A DNA stretch of 39,523 nucleotides. Source: Pyrinomonadaceae bacterium. Its GTDB lineage: Bacteria; Acidobacteriota; Blastocatellia; Pyrinomonadales; Pyrinomonadaceae. Positions 17,892-26,051 of the stretch are shown piece after piece; positions within the stretch are counted from its first letter, which is position 1, and each line of letters opens with the position of its first letter. The translations under genes were made by a program, and so were the position numbers. Under the pieces are notes generated by a model. It was not told where the DNA came from. It saw only the letters and a program-made list of their open reading frames with translations, and ran no database searches. The stretch spans positions 1-39,523 of the forward strand of contig JBDSCV010000214.1 of assembly GCA_039920905.1 (NCBI GenBank), given 5' to 3'.

Positions 17892-19019
17892 TTACAAATT
17901 AACTGTTTCCACGATCTCAAGATCAAACGCGTCGAGAGCGCTGACCCGCGGCGGATGATTGGACAGCAGCCTGATCTGCTTCACGCCCAGATCTTTTAAA
18001 ATCTGGGCACCGATTCCGTAATCGTGTACTTTCCCATAGCCGGTTTCCAGCTTTGCGGTCTGAAAATCAACCCCTTTCTCGTGCATCAAGGCATAGGTCT
18101 TTAGCTGGTTTACAAGATCGAGATGATTTTCACGCTGCCGAAGATAAACCAGCACACCTTTGCCCGCCTCCGATATTTTTTTGAGGGATGCACCGACGGC
18201 TCCTGACGCCTCGCCAAGCGTTGTACCAAACATCGCGAACGTAACGTTCTCGGTTTGGACGCGGACGAGCACTGGTTCGGTTGTCCCTGAAACGTCGCCC
18301 ATCGCCATCGCCAGGTGTGTTTCGCCGTTAATGACATTCTCGTAAACGATTGTGCGGAACATGCCGAAATCAGTCGGGAGAACGGCTTCGACAACGCGGC
18401 GGACGAGCATTTCCTTATGTATGCGGTAACGGACAAGATCGGCGACCGAAATGATCTGCAGCCCGTGTTTCTCAGCAAACACCTCAAGCTCCGGCATCCG
18501 CGCCATCGTACCGTCGTCATTCATTATCTCGCAGATGACTGCCGCGGGCTGTAGTCCGGCGATGCGGGCAATATCCACGCTCGCCTCGGTCTGGCCGGCC
18601 CGCACCAGGACACCTCCGTTTTTTGCACGCAGCGGGAATACATGCCCCGGCCGCGCGAGGTCGCTCGGCTTTGACGCCGGATCGACGGCCGTCAAAATTG
18701 TTTTTGCCCGGTCAGCGGCGGAAATGCCCGTGGTGACGCCTTCGCGTGCCTCGATCGAGGTTGTAAAGGCCGTGCCCATGCTCGATGTGTTTTCGGTCGT
18801 CTGCGGGAAAAGCTGCAGTTCGTTGCACCGCTCCTCGGTCAGCGGCAGACAGATCAGGCCTCGTCCGTGGACGGCCATAAAGTTGATCGCCGCCGCCGTT
18901 ACCTTTTCAGCGGCGCAGACGAGATCGCCTTCGTTCTCGCGATCCTCATCATCGACGATGATGATCAATTTTCCGTCGCGGATGACGCGGGCAGCTTCTT
19001 CTATCGAGGATAGGGACAT
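17892..19019 (-). CDS. ribB: 3,4-dihydroxy-2-butanone-4-phosphate synthase fused to a degenerate GTP cyclohydrolase II-like domain (RibBX-like)
   Basis: 375 aa. The N-terminal half has intact RibB motifs ([19 protein letters not shown]; [25 protein letters not shown]). The C-terminal half aligns with RibA but lacks the zinc cysteines ([22 protein letters not shown] where RibA has VHSECLTGD..LRCDCG). Confidence 0.85.
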   Translation of the reverse strand: MSLSSIEEAARVIRDGKLIIIVDDEDRENEGDLVCAAEKVTAAAINFMAVHGRGLICLPLTEERCNELQLFPQTTENTSSMGTAFTTSIEAREGVTTGISAADRAKTILTAVDPASKPSDLARPGHVFPLRAKNGGVLVRAGQTEASVDIARIAGLQPAAVICEIMNDDGTMARMPELEVFAEKHGLQIISVADLVRYRIHKEMLVRRVVEAVLPTDFGMFRTIVYENVINGETHLAMAMGDVSGTTEPVLVRVQTENVTFAMFGTTLGEASGAVGASLKKISEAGKGVLVYLRQRENHLDLVNQLKTYALMHEKGVDFQTAKLETGYGKVHDYGIGAQILKDLGVKQIRLLSNHPPRVSALDAFDLEIVETVNL

Positions 19020-19189
19020 TTATTTGTTCTCAAAGGCCAAACAGGCTTGCCGAAATGCTCGTGTTAACTAAATTCTAACGAATGAGAGGCGTTTAAGCGA
19101 GTAAAAGCGGAGATTTCGCCAACTTTGTTTGACATCGGCAAAAGCAAGAGGATTTCGGGTTTGTTTGCGGGCCAACGACCCAGACCGAA

Positions 19190-19222
19190 CAAAATGTTAA
19201 AAGGGCGCCGAGGCGCCCTTTA
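19190..19222 (-). terminator. intrinsic terminator downstream of the DUF948 gene
   Basis: Plus-strand AAGGGCG-CCGAGG-CGCCCTT at 19201-19220. On the minus strand the hairpin is followed by TTAACATTTT. It lies 25 nt after the stop at 19246. Confidence 0.7.
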
Positions 19223-19245
19223 ATATAACAACGATCTACATGGCC

Positions 19246-19785
19246 TTAGCCGATAAACATTTCTTCTTCTTCGTAAACACGGTCGATCTGTTTTGGTGAC
19301 GGTGCGAATAGAACCTCGAGGCCGCACTTAACTCCGGCCATGATAGCAGCGATTTCGCGGGCCGGAACGACTATCTTTTGCTGGACAAATTCCGTGGTGT
19401 CCGTTACCTGCATATGGGTACGGTCAATGGTTCGGCTCACCATTTCTACCTTATCTTTCGCGGTGACGGCGGTTTCACCGACTAGTTTGCGCAATTCAGC
19501 AACCTCTTCATTTATAAGTTCGGTTGACTCGGCAAGATATTTTGTCGCGGTGGAAAGATTGCCCGAGATCTCATTAAAATGCACCGAGATCTCACGCCCT
19601 TGAGCGCTTATCGCATCGACTTTCGAAATGAGCGGTTCGACCCGCTCTTCAAGATTATGGACCGTTTTAACAACGCGACGAACCGTGACGGCGATCCATA
19701 GCAGCGCGATCGCCATAAACATGAAGCTCACCGCAATAACGATCGATGAGACCATCTGCCAGAATTGAGGGTCGCTGGTGTTCAT
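19246..19785 (-). CDS. DUF948 domain-containing membrane protein
   Basis: I start at MNTSDPQFWQMVSSIVIAVSFMFMAIALLWIAV (ATG at 19785), 4 nt after the stop of the upstream gene. There is one N-terminal TM, then a coiled-coil region (VHNLEERVEPLISKVDAISAQGREI..). The track's 37-aa Arg/Thr-rich N-terminal extension overlaps the YtxH gene and is unlikely to be real. Confidence 0.7.
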   Translation of the reverse strand: MNTSDPQFWQMVSSIVIAVSFMFMAIALLWIAVTVRRVVKTVHNLEERVEPLISKVDAISAQGREISVHFNEISGNLSTATKYLAESTELINEEVAELRKLVGETAVTAKDKVEMVSRTIDRTHMQVTDTTEFVQQKIVVPAREIAAIMAGVKCGLEVLFAPSPKQIDRVYEEEEMFIG

Positions 19786-19789
19786 CGTT

Positions 19790-20227
19790 CTATTTGCTGT
19801 CTTTTTCGTCCACAGGGTAGCTCGCACGGCCCTCGGTGATCGATTTTGACTCGTTCTTACGCTTCTCGGCTGTGTATGCGTCCTTGCCTGCGTCAATCGC
19901 GGCGGTGAACGGATTAGCGGTGCTGGCGGCGACTGACTTTGCCTTTTCGCTCAATTCAGTCGCTTTGTCTGAAGCGGTTTGATAAAGTTCACTCGCTTTT
20001 TCGCGCGAAACCTCGTAATAGTCACCCGCTTTTTCTTGAAGCTGCGCGGCTGTTTCCTTGCTTTTTTCAATGCCCTTGCGTGTAGCATCGGCAATATCGG
20101 TCCGAAGTTCCTCACCCGATTTCGGAGCAAAAAGCAACGCAAGAATCGCCCCGATCCCGCCGCCGACGAGCAAATAGGTCAACTTTGTGGCCGCGCTCGT
20201 TTCGTCTCTTTCATATTCATTTCTCAT
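19790..20227 (-). CDS. YtxH domain-containing protein
   Basis: LLVGGGIGAILALLFAPKSGEELRTDI is the YtxH signature. The ATG at 20227 has GGAGG 5 nt upstream; the track's GTG at 20239 lies inside that RBS. Confidence 0.8.
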   Translation of the reverse strand: MRNEYERDETSAATKLTYLLVGGGIGAILALLFAPKSGEELRTDIADATRKGIEKSKETAAQLQEKAGDYYEVSREKASELYQTASDKATELSEKAKSVAASTANPFTAAIDAGKDAYTAEKRKNESKSITEGRASYPVDEKDSK

Positions 20228-20337
20228 ATAAGCCTCCACGCAAGATAATTACGTAAAAATGATAATAATCTGCGATTGTCTATACTATATCAAAGGTGTC
20301 GGGTTGGGTAAAGGCGGTATTTTAGAATGTGCGAAAA

Positions 20338-21078
20338 CTATGCGGACAGTCCGGCCTTGAAGCCCTTTTCGTACATTATCCAAAGGCCAAGCGCGACGCT
20401 GATACAACCCGCAACTGTCTGCAGCACCTGATTAAAACGGTTGAATCGCGAAGCTTTGAAAAGGAACGGAAGCCCCACAAAAAAGCTCATCAGCATCATC
20501 CCGCCTATCGAGCCGACGCCAAAAACTATAATGTAAAGGAAACCGACATTTTTGGATGGTATGGTCTTAATTACAAGGAGCATGAGCGCCGCGCTGCCGG
20601 CGAGGCCGTGGACCAAACCTATAAACAGGGCGCGCGGGCTGTGACCCTTTTTATGAGCAATTTCCGGGTTCTTCACCTCTGAATGATCGTGAACGTGCGG
20701 ATGGGCGTGTAAATGTTCGCCGTGCTCATGCGTATGAAAATGTATTTGTCCGCCGCTCACCAATTTCCGGAGAACATTCAAACCTAATAGCGTAAGCATG
20801 ATTCCCACACAGAATTCAAGCCAGCGCTCGGTATTTTCACTTATCTCAAAATCCAAAAGTAAAACAAAGACACCCGCAATGATAAGTGAGATCGTGTGGC
20901 CCAGGCCCCACAAGCCGCCGACAACAGCAGAACTCCAAATACTCCGCCGACCGGAAACGATTGTCGAAACCGCCACCAGATGATCAGCTTCTGTCGCGTG
21001 TTTGAGTCCGAGCAAGAAACCGTAACCCAATAGTGCAAATGTCGAAGTTGCAGTAATTTGTAGCAACAGTTCTCTCAT
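20338..21078 (-). CDS. NicO/UreH-like nickel-cobalt transporter family membrane protein
   Basis: 246 aa and polytopic. It has LGLKHATEADHLVAVS (an HxxxADH-type motif) and a His-rich loop, HFHTHEHGEHLHAHPHVHDHSE. Its start is 3 nt after the upstream stop. Confidence 0.7.
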   Translation of the reverse strand: MRELLLQITATSTFALLGYGFLLGLKHATEADHLVAVSTIVSGRRSIWSSAVVGGLWGLGHTISLIIAGVFVLLLDFEISENTERWLEFCVGIMLTLLGLNVLRKLVSGGQIHFHTHEHGEHLHAHPHVHDHSEVKNPEIAHKKGHSPRALFIGLVHGLAGSAALMLLVIKTIPSKNVGFLYIIVFGVGSIGGMMLMSFFVGLPFLFKASRFNRFNQVLQTVAGCISVALGLWIMYEKGFKAGLSA

Positions 21079-21081
21079 AAT

Positions 21082-22554
21082 CTATACAAGTGAGTTATAA
21101 CATAACACGGCTCCAACAGTCGCTATAACAAAAGAGCTAAACACCGGAAGAAGTTTAAATACAAAGCTGTCTGAGAAAGAGGTTTTGCCAAAAATATTTC
21201 TAATTTTTAGAAAGATCACCCCCACTAAGGTAAGCGTCGCGGCCAGTCCAAAACTAAACGCCACGGTCAATACAAGGCCGTATCCGACACGCCCAAGCGT
21301 TATCGCCGACAGCATCAAAACCAGCGCCGACGGACAGGGCAATAATCCGCCCGAAATACCGAGAGCGAGCAGATTGCGCCATGTTATCTCGTCCGGCAAA
21401 GCGTGACTGTGAGTCGAACCGCCATGGGTGTGCGTATGGCCGTCATGCGAATGGATCGATTCTTCGTCGTGTCCGTCAAGATCGTGGTGATGATGCTCGG
21501 GGGCCGTTCTTTTCCAACCAAGCAACGAAAACAATCTGTCCTTAAATAGAGAAATACCGATAAAAAAGACGAGCAAGCCCGAAACAAAAGCCAGAAAGGG
21601 CATTAAGCGTTCCGGCAGTATGTAATTAGATGCAAAAAGCGTAATGAGGCCCAGTGCGAAAACGCCGAGCGTGTGGGTAACTGTAACGATCAAACCGAGA
21701 AATGCTGCGTGTTTTACCGTTCCTTTTGAGCCGACCAGATAGGCCCCGACCACCGTTTTGCCATGCCCCGGCGACATGGCGTGCATCGCTCCCAGCCCAA
21801 ACGCCACCAAAAGACCAAACAGAGCGATCGCCGGCGTGATCTCTCGCACGGCAATCAGCTCGGCAAGTCGATCCGGCTGTATGGCACTCGCGGTCCGGCC
21901 ATCGCGGCCGATCAATGGCTTAGCATTTTCCGGGATCGTACCTGTCGTAAACGAAAATTCTGCGGCTCGTTCGGATAACGGTGACGACAGCAGATCTTTG
22001 GGATAGGATTTCAGTTCTTCCGATAGAGCGCTCGAGTAAACCGAACTGTCATATACCTGAGTGCCAGCCGTATTGTTTACAATGATTTCCCGCCATCCGA
22101 TCCGTTCCGGATAAGCATTATTTTGAAATAAGACTTTGCCGGATGATTGTGTTTCGGAGGATTTTGATTGTAAATTCCATTCGAGCCTCAGCGTGGGCAG
22201 ATTACCCTCTCCGGCTACAATGCTGATCTTTTTGTCGAGAATATCTATTTGTAACTGGTCGTTGTTGATCGTTAACAATAGTTTTGATAAATAGTCTGAC
22301 GTTATGCCTGTTTGATATGTTTCTAATTCGCTCGCGGACAAATTTCCATCTTTATCGGCGTCAATCGAGCCAAAGGCCTGAAAAGTTGGTATTTCGGCAA
22401 AATCTAATACCTGATGGATCTTAATCTCCGATCGCTCAACATCAATACGCGAAAACTGATTGACACTAAAATTGCCGAGCGGATGCGCCGAGACCGAGAT
22501 TGCCGTCGCGAACAGCAAAAAAATGATTAAAATTTGAATACCAGTTTTCATCAT
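21082..22554 (-). CDS. fusion of a periplasmic domain with an RcnA/NicO-type His-rich metal transporter domain
   Basis: 490 aa. The signal peptide ends VSA, then HPLGNF. The ~230-aa soluble domain contains an EF-hand-type loop, DADKDGNLSASE. The membrane domain has GAMHAMSPGHGKT, the loop HHHHDLDGHDEESIHSHDGHTHTHGGSTHSH, and GISGGLLPCPSAL. Confidence 0.7.
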   Translation of the reverse strand: MMKTGIQILIIFLLFATAISVSAHPLGNFSVNQFSRIDVERSEIKIHQVLDFAEIPTFQAFGSIDADKDGNLSASELETYQTGITSDYLSKLLLTINNDQLQIDILDKKISIVAGEGNLPTLRLEWNLQSKSSETQSSGKVLFQNNAYPERIGWREIIVNNTAGTQVYDSSVYSSALSEELKSYPKDLLSSPLSERAAEFSFTTGTIPENAKPLIGRDGRTASAIQPDRLAELIAVREITPAIALFGLLVAFGLGAMHAMSPGHGKTVVGAYLVGSKGTVKHAAFLGLIVTVTHTLGVFALGLITLFASNYILPERLMPFLAFVSGLLVFFIGISLFKDRLFSLLGWKRTAPEHHHHDLDGHDEESIHSHDGHTHTHGGSTHSHALPDEITWRNLLALGISGGLLPCPSALVLMLSAITLGRVGYGLVLTVAFSFGLAATLTLVGVIFLKIRNIFGKTSFSDSFVFKLLPVFSSFVIATVGAVLCYNSLV

Positions 22555-22560
22555 TATCGT

Positions 22561-23898
22561 TCAGCTTTTGTGTTCGAGCGATTTAAGGGCCTGCTTAGCA
22601 TTTTCACTTTGTATCAGATCAAATGCCGCATTGAGTTTTAGCGCCGCCTCGAGCAACCTGATCGCTTCGCTTCGGTTTCCGAGCTCTTTTTCGATCATTC
22701 CTGCATGGTAAAAGATTCGCGCGTCTTTTGTTTTCAAGCGCAACGCTTCGTTGATAATATTTTTCGCCTCTTGAAAATTTCCTTTTTTGTACAAACACCA
22801 GGCGTAAATATCCGCCGTGAAAATATCTTTACGCGTCGTGTGTTCTTTTTCGGCGATCGCCAAAGCCTCGTCAAGTTTTATGTCCTGATCGGCCCACAAA
22901 AGTGCCAGCCGCCGCATATCTATATTGCCTAGTTTTTGTTCGATAAACTCTGCCAATTGGTATTGTTGCTGTGCCTTGTCCACGTTTCCCGTTTTTTTAT
23001 ATAGATCGCCAAGCTGAATAACCGTTTCGGTCAGCGGCACACGGTTTTGTGATTGCGTTAAAAACTGGATGGCATTTTCATAATCACCAGACGCCATTCG
23101 CGCCTGGCCCTTGCCAGCCAGAGCAAAATGATATTCGGGGAAAATCTTCAACGCCAAATCGTAAGCAAGTTCGGCGTCGGCATATTTTCCGGCCTTGAAA
23201 TATTCGTTACCCAAAAAAACCCGACACCAGGCCCGCGCTTCTTTGTCCGCTGGGTCGGCAGTTTTTGCCGCGGTCCCCATCGCTTCGATCGCGCCGTCGG
23301 TATCGCCATACAAAGACCGGACATGCGAAACACGGGCATAAGATTCCATATTCGGTTTCGAATCAACCATCTGCTGAACGTTTTTTACAGCTTCCTCGTA
23401 GTTGCCAAGTTCGACATTCGCGTCAGCCAAGGCACCGTAGATGAACGAATCCTGAGGATATTGCTGGTGCAACCCGGTGGCGGCCGCGAGAGCTTCGGGA
23501 AAACGGTGAAACGTCAGAAATAAAGAGGCCTGTAATTTTTTTGCAATTGCGTTTTCCGGTTCAAGTTCGAGTGCCTGGTTTACGGCAGCTTCAGCTTTTG
23601 AATTCAAACTGAAATCACCGCTTTCGCGCGCCAACTTGATATATGAAAGAGCAAGCATGGTATACCCTAGCGGTGCGCCCGGCGATTTGCTGATCATTTC
23701 TTGCGCGGCTTTAACTTGCACATTATCCGAGAACCCAGTTTCCGGGTTTGACGATTGGTAGGTTGAAGCGGCACTTTGCTTTGAACAGGAAACAGTTAGA
23801 ATAAGTGCCGATAATAAAAACGCTCCACCAATAAAGAAATTTAGATCTTTATTCACTATCATTGCTGGATACCTTTGCTTAGTTGAAAAATTCGACAT
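22561..23898 (-). CDS. tetratricopeptide repeat protein, probably membrane or lipid anchored
   Basis: 445 aa. The hydrophobic N-terminus ends LILTVSC (lipobox-like); an alternative start is the ATG at 23862. TPR-like A/Y/G-patterned repeats run throughout (e.g. GNYEEAVKNVQQMV, GKYADAELAYDLALKIFP, GDYENAIQFL, GNFQEAKNIINEAL). Confidence 0.8.
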   Translation of the reverse strand: MSNFSTKQRYPAMIVNKDLNFFIGGAFLLSALILTVSCSKQSAASTYQSSNPETGFSDNVQVKAAQEMISKSPGAPLGYTMLALSYIKLARESGDFSLNSKAEAAVNQALELEPENAIAKKLQASLFLTFHRFPEALAAATGLHQQYPQDSFIYGALADANVELGNYEEAVKNVQQMVDSKPNMESYARVSHVRSLYGDTDGAIEAMGTAAKTADPADKEARAWCRVFLGNEYFKAGKYADAELAYDLALKIFPEYHFALAGKGQARMASGDYENAIQFLTQSQNRVPLTETVIQLGDLYKKTGNVDKAQQQYQLAEFIEQKLGNIDMRRLALLWADQDIKLDEALAIAEKEHTTRKDIFTADIYAWCLYKKGNFQEAKNIINEALRLKTKDARIFYHAGMIEKELGNRSEAIRLLEAALKLNAAFDLIQSENAKQALKSLEHKS

Positions 23899-23934
23899 TC
23901 TAAAAAGGTTTTCGTCTTAAATCGTTTATAGGTT

Positions 23935-23975
23935 CAACTACGAACCGCGCCCTCATCGGACGCGATTCGTAGTTG
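23935..23975 (-). other. intercistronic stem-loop between the DUF4331 and TPR genes
   Basis: CAACTACGAACCGCG ... CGCGATTCGTAGTTG. The imperfect stem is about 15-18 bp with one mismatch and the loop is about 11 nt. No U-tract follows on the minus strand. Confidence 0.6.
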
Positions 23976-24014
23976 TCTAGGTTTCAGTCAAAATTCGACT
24001 GGTTGAAATGAGAA

Positions 24015-25592
24015 TTATTTCTTAGCCGGGCCCACTGAACAAGGTCTCAAGTTACTCCTTCTTGGCTGATTGCCCTGTTGGGCTGGTGCCAAATAAGGAA
24101 AGCGTTGCAAGTAGTCCGTACCGCCAGCCATAGGAACGCCGGTGATAGGATCTATGCTCACATCGTTTCCGCTCACGCCGTCGCCCAACGTATTGTTTGG
24201 CGCGACATTATAACTCGGTGTGAACGGTGTTCCGCCCGCGACGACCCGCAGAGAAATATCCGTCACGTCATCTTCCACACGACGGCCATTGGGATAACCA
24301 GCGACGTCTCCGCCCAAAAGACCCAAACGGCTAAATGACGCGCTACCATAAGGTGTCGGCGTGATGCCCATATTTAGACGAATCTCCTCGTGGGGAACAC
24401 CATCGTTACCCTGAATAACAGTCGTATAATTCGGGCCCGTAACGCCATTAACGGGTATTCCGAGAACTGTGATCTGGGCAATATCATTACGCGGTGGCGG
24501 GGGGGTGCTTGGCACAGCTCCGACAGCGACTAACAATTTCGCCAGTTCTGGATCAAGTACGGCATTGACCACCGCAGGAATTGTTCCGTCTACACTTGGA
24601 CGAATACTGTTAAAAGCATCCTTCAGTCCAAGCGGGATGATTACTTCGTTGATTAGCGGATTGCCAAGACGTGAAACTTGAATAAAAGGCCCGCTGTTCG
24701 AGCGTGATCCGTCAGCGGCAATGACTTGCGTTGATTGACGGCTGGCAGTCGAATAGACACCAATGACGGCATTAGCGGCCAGTGAGTTAGCAACCGGTTG
24801 TCCGTCTCTGGTTAATTCCTGAATCGGAACTTCGATTGCGATAGAGTTGACGTTAAAGCCGTCAGTTGTGCTGACGCCGCCGCACGTGCTGTTGAGCGAA
24901 CGGAAGTTTAATAAGTCAAACGCCGCGCCGACATCAACTAAAAAGCCTTCGTCGCGCTGTCCCGCAAAGGTTCTAAAGCCACTTGGGGTTATCGTGTGAG
25001 TTTCCTGATCCGCCAAAGCAGGATAATTTGGTGTAACTCTCGGCCCAACATTGCTCGGCGGGGTTCTAATAGAACCACTCGGCAACATAACGGTGCTGCT
25101 GACGGGGTTGCCGTTTGTGCTGTTCACCCGAGTTATGCTGTAGGTCTGCGGCATATTGTAGTCAATGTCTCTGGTTGTACTGACAACACCATCGCTCATA
25201 GGATTTCCAAGAGTGATGGCGGTATGTCCCAAAATAGTGTTGCTGTTGACCGTGCTGGTAGTAAAGCGGAATTGATAACTAATATCCGGGAGACCGTCGC
25301 CGGTATTATCAATATGTATTTCATACAAAACCGTATCGTCAAACCGATAGAACTGCGGTCCGCCCGACGGATCCTGAAACGGAATAAAATTAGCGAGCAG
25401 GGTCACAAACCCAGTGCGACCCGAAGCGATGCTGCGAAAAGCATAGACGTCGGTATTATCGGCATATCTGTCCATACTGATAAGCGGTGCCTCAGCATGG
25501 CTCGAAGCCAATGCAGGAAACACAGACATTGAAACGATCCACGCCGTTACGGCGAGGCCTTTTGCAATTTGTTTTGTAAAATTGTAATTCAT
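24015..25592 (-). CDS. secreted DUF4331 domain-containing protein
   Basis: 525 aa with a strong RBS (AGGAGG). The signal peptide ends FPALA, followed by SSHAEAPLISMDRYADNTDVYAF..LYEIHIDNTGDG. This is the N-terminal signature I associate with DUF4331. Confidence 0.8.
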   Translation of the reverse strand: MNYNFTKQIAKGLAVTAWIVSMSVFPALASSHAEAPLISMDRYADNTDVYAFRSIASGRTGFVTLLANFIPFQDPSGGPQFYRFDDTVLYEIHIDNTGDGLPDISYQFRFTTSTVNSNTILGHTAITLGNPMSDGVVSTTRDIDYNMPQTYSITRVNSTNGNPVSSTVMLPSGSIRTPPSNVGPRVTPNYPALADQETHTITPSGFRTFAGQRDEGFLVDVGAAFDLLNFRSLNSTCGGVSTTDGFNVNSIAIEVPIQELTRDGQPVANSLAANAVIGVYSTASRQSTQVIAADGSRSNSGPFIQVSRLGNPLINEVIIPLGLKDAFNSIRPSVDGTIPAVVNAVLDPELAKLLVAVGAVPSTPPPPRNDIAQITVLGIPVNGVTGPNYTTVIQGNDGVPHEEIRLNMGITPTPYGSASFSRLGLLGGDVAGYPNGRRVEDDVTDISLRVVAGGTPFTPSYNVAPNNTLGDGVSGNDVSIDPITGVPMAGGTDYLQRFPYLAPAQQGNQPRRSNLRPCSVGPAKK

Positions 25593-26051
25593 TTTCCTCC
25601 TCGTACTCTTTCCTTAAGCCGTATCGAGGTATCACGCTCGAACGGTAAATGATAATGTTCCTGTGACCGCATTTTGCGGCAGAAACCACAGCAACTAAAA
25701 AAGACCTAGCCGCCCAACAGCTATATCTAAAAAATCATCACGTCCATCAATTACTCCCCCTTGTTTGGTTAACGGCTGATGCGAGAAACCTTTATTATCG
25801 CGTTCGTTCGCTATGCTCCAGATTATTCAAAGGCCGTCTCAGCAACTGCAATTGCTCTTATGAAAACCTTATTCGCCGGGTTCGGAAATTCGGATTCAGA
25901 GCACCATCGGGCGATTTTTTCGTCGATATAGTTGAATTGTAGATTAAAAACCTTTTGCCTGTATGTATGGTTTCGCACATAACGTTATTTTAATAGCAAG
26001 GTGCAGTTCCACTGGGGGTTTGCTAATCTTATTAGTTTGGCCCTGTTAAGT

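Noticed and set aside
19020-19245. A possible FMN (RFN) riboswitch upstream of the ribB-like gene.
   Set aside because: I read the 226-nt leader on the minus strand and could not find the conserved RFN core blocks (GGGCGGGGTGAAATTCCC.., ..GGTGAGATTCC.., ..GTCTGGATGGGAGAAG). Only the terminator hairpin of the upstream gene is evident. An Infernal scan would be decisive.
19786-19896. The 37-aa N-terminal extension of the DUF948 ORF (MTQARTHTQPRSVRTSQNRSPRAV..).
   Set aside because: It overlaps the 3' end of the YtxH gene in another frame and is Arg/Thr-rich. The internal ATG at 19785 sits directly before the TM helix.
25800-25990. Small ORFs in the lepA/DUF4331 spacer (MLQIIQRPSQQLQLLL, MKTLFAGFGNSDSEHHRAIFSSI).
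   Set aside because: They have no RBS and no recognisable features, and they are too short to support from sequence alone.
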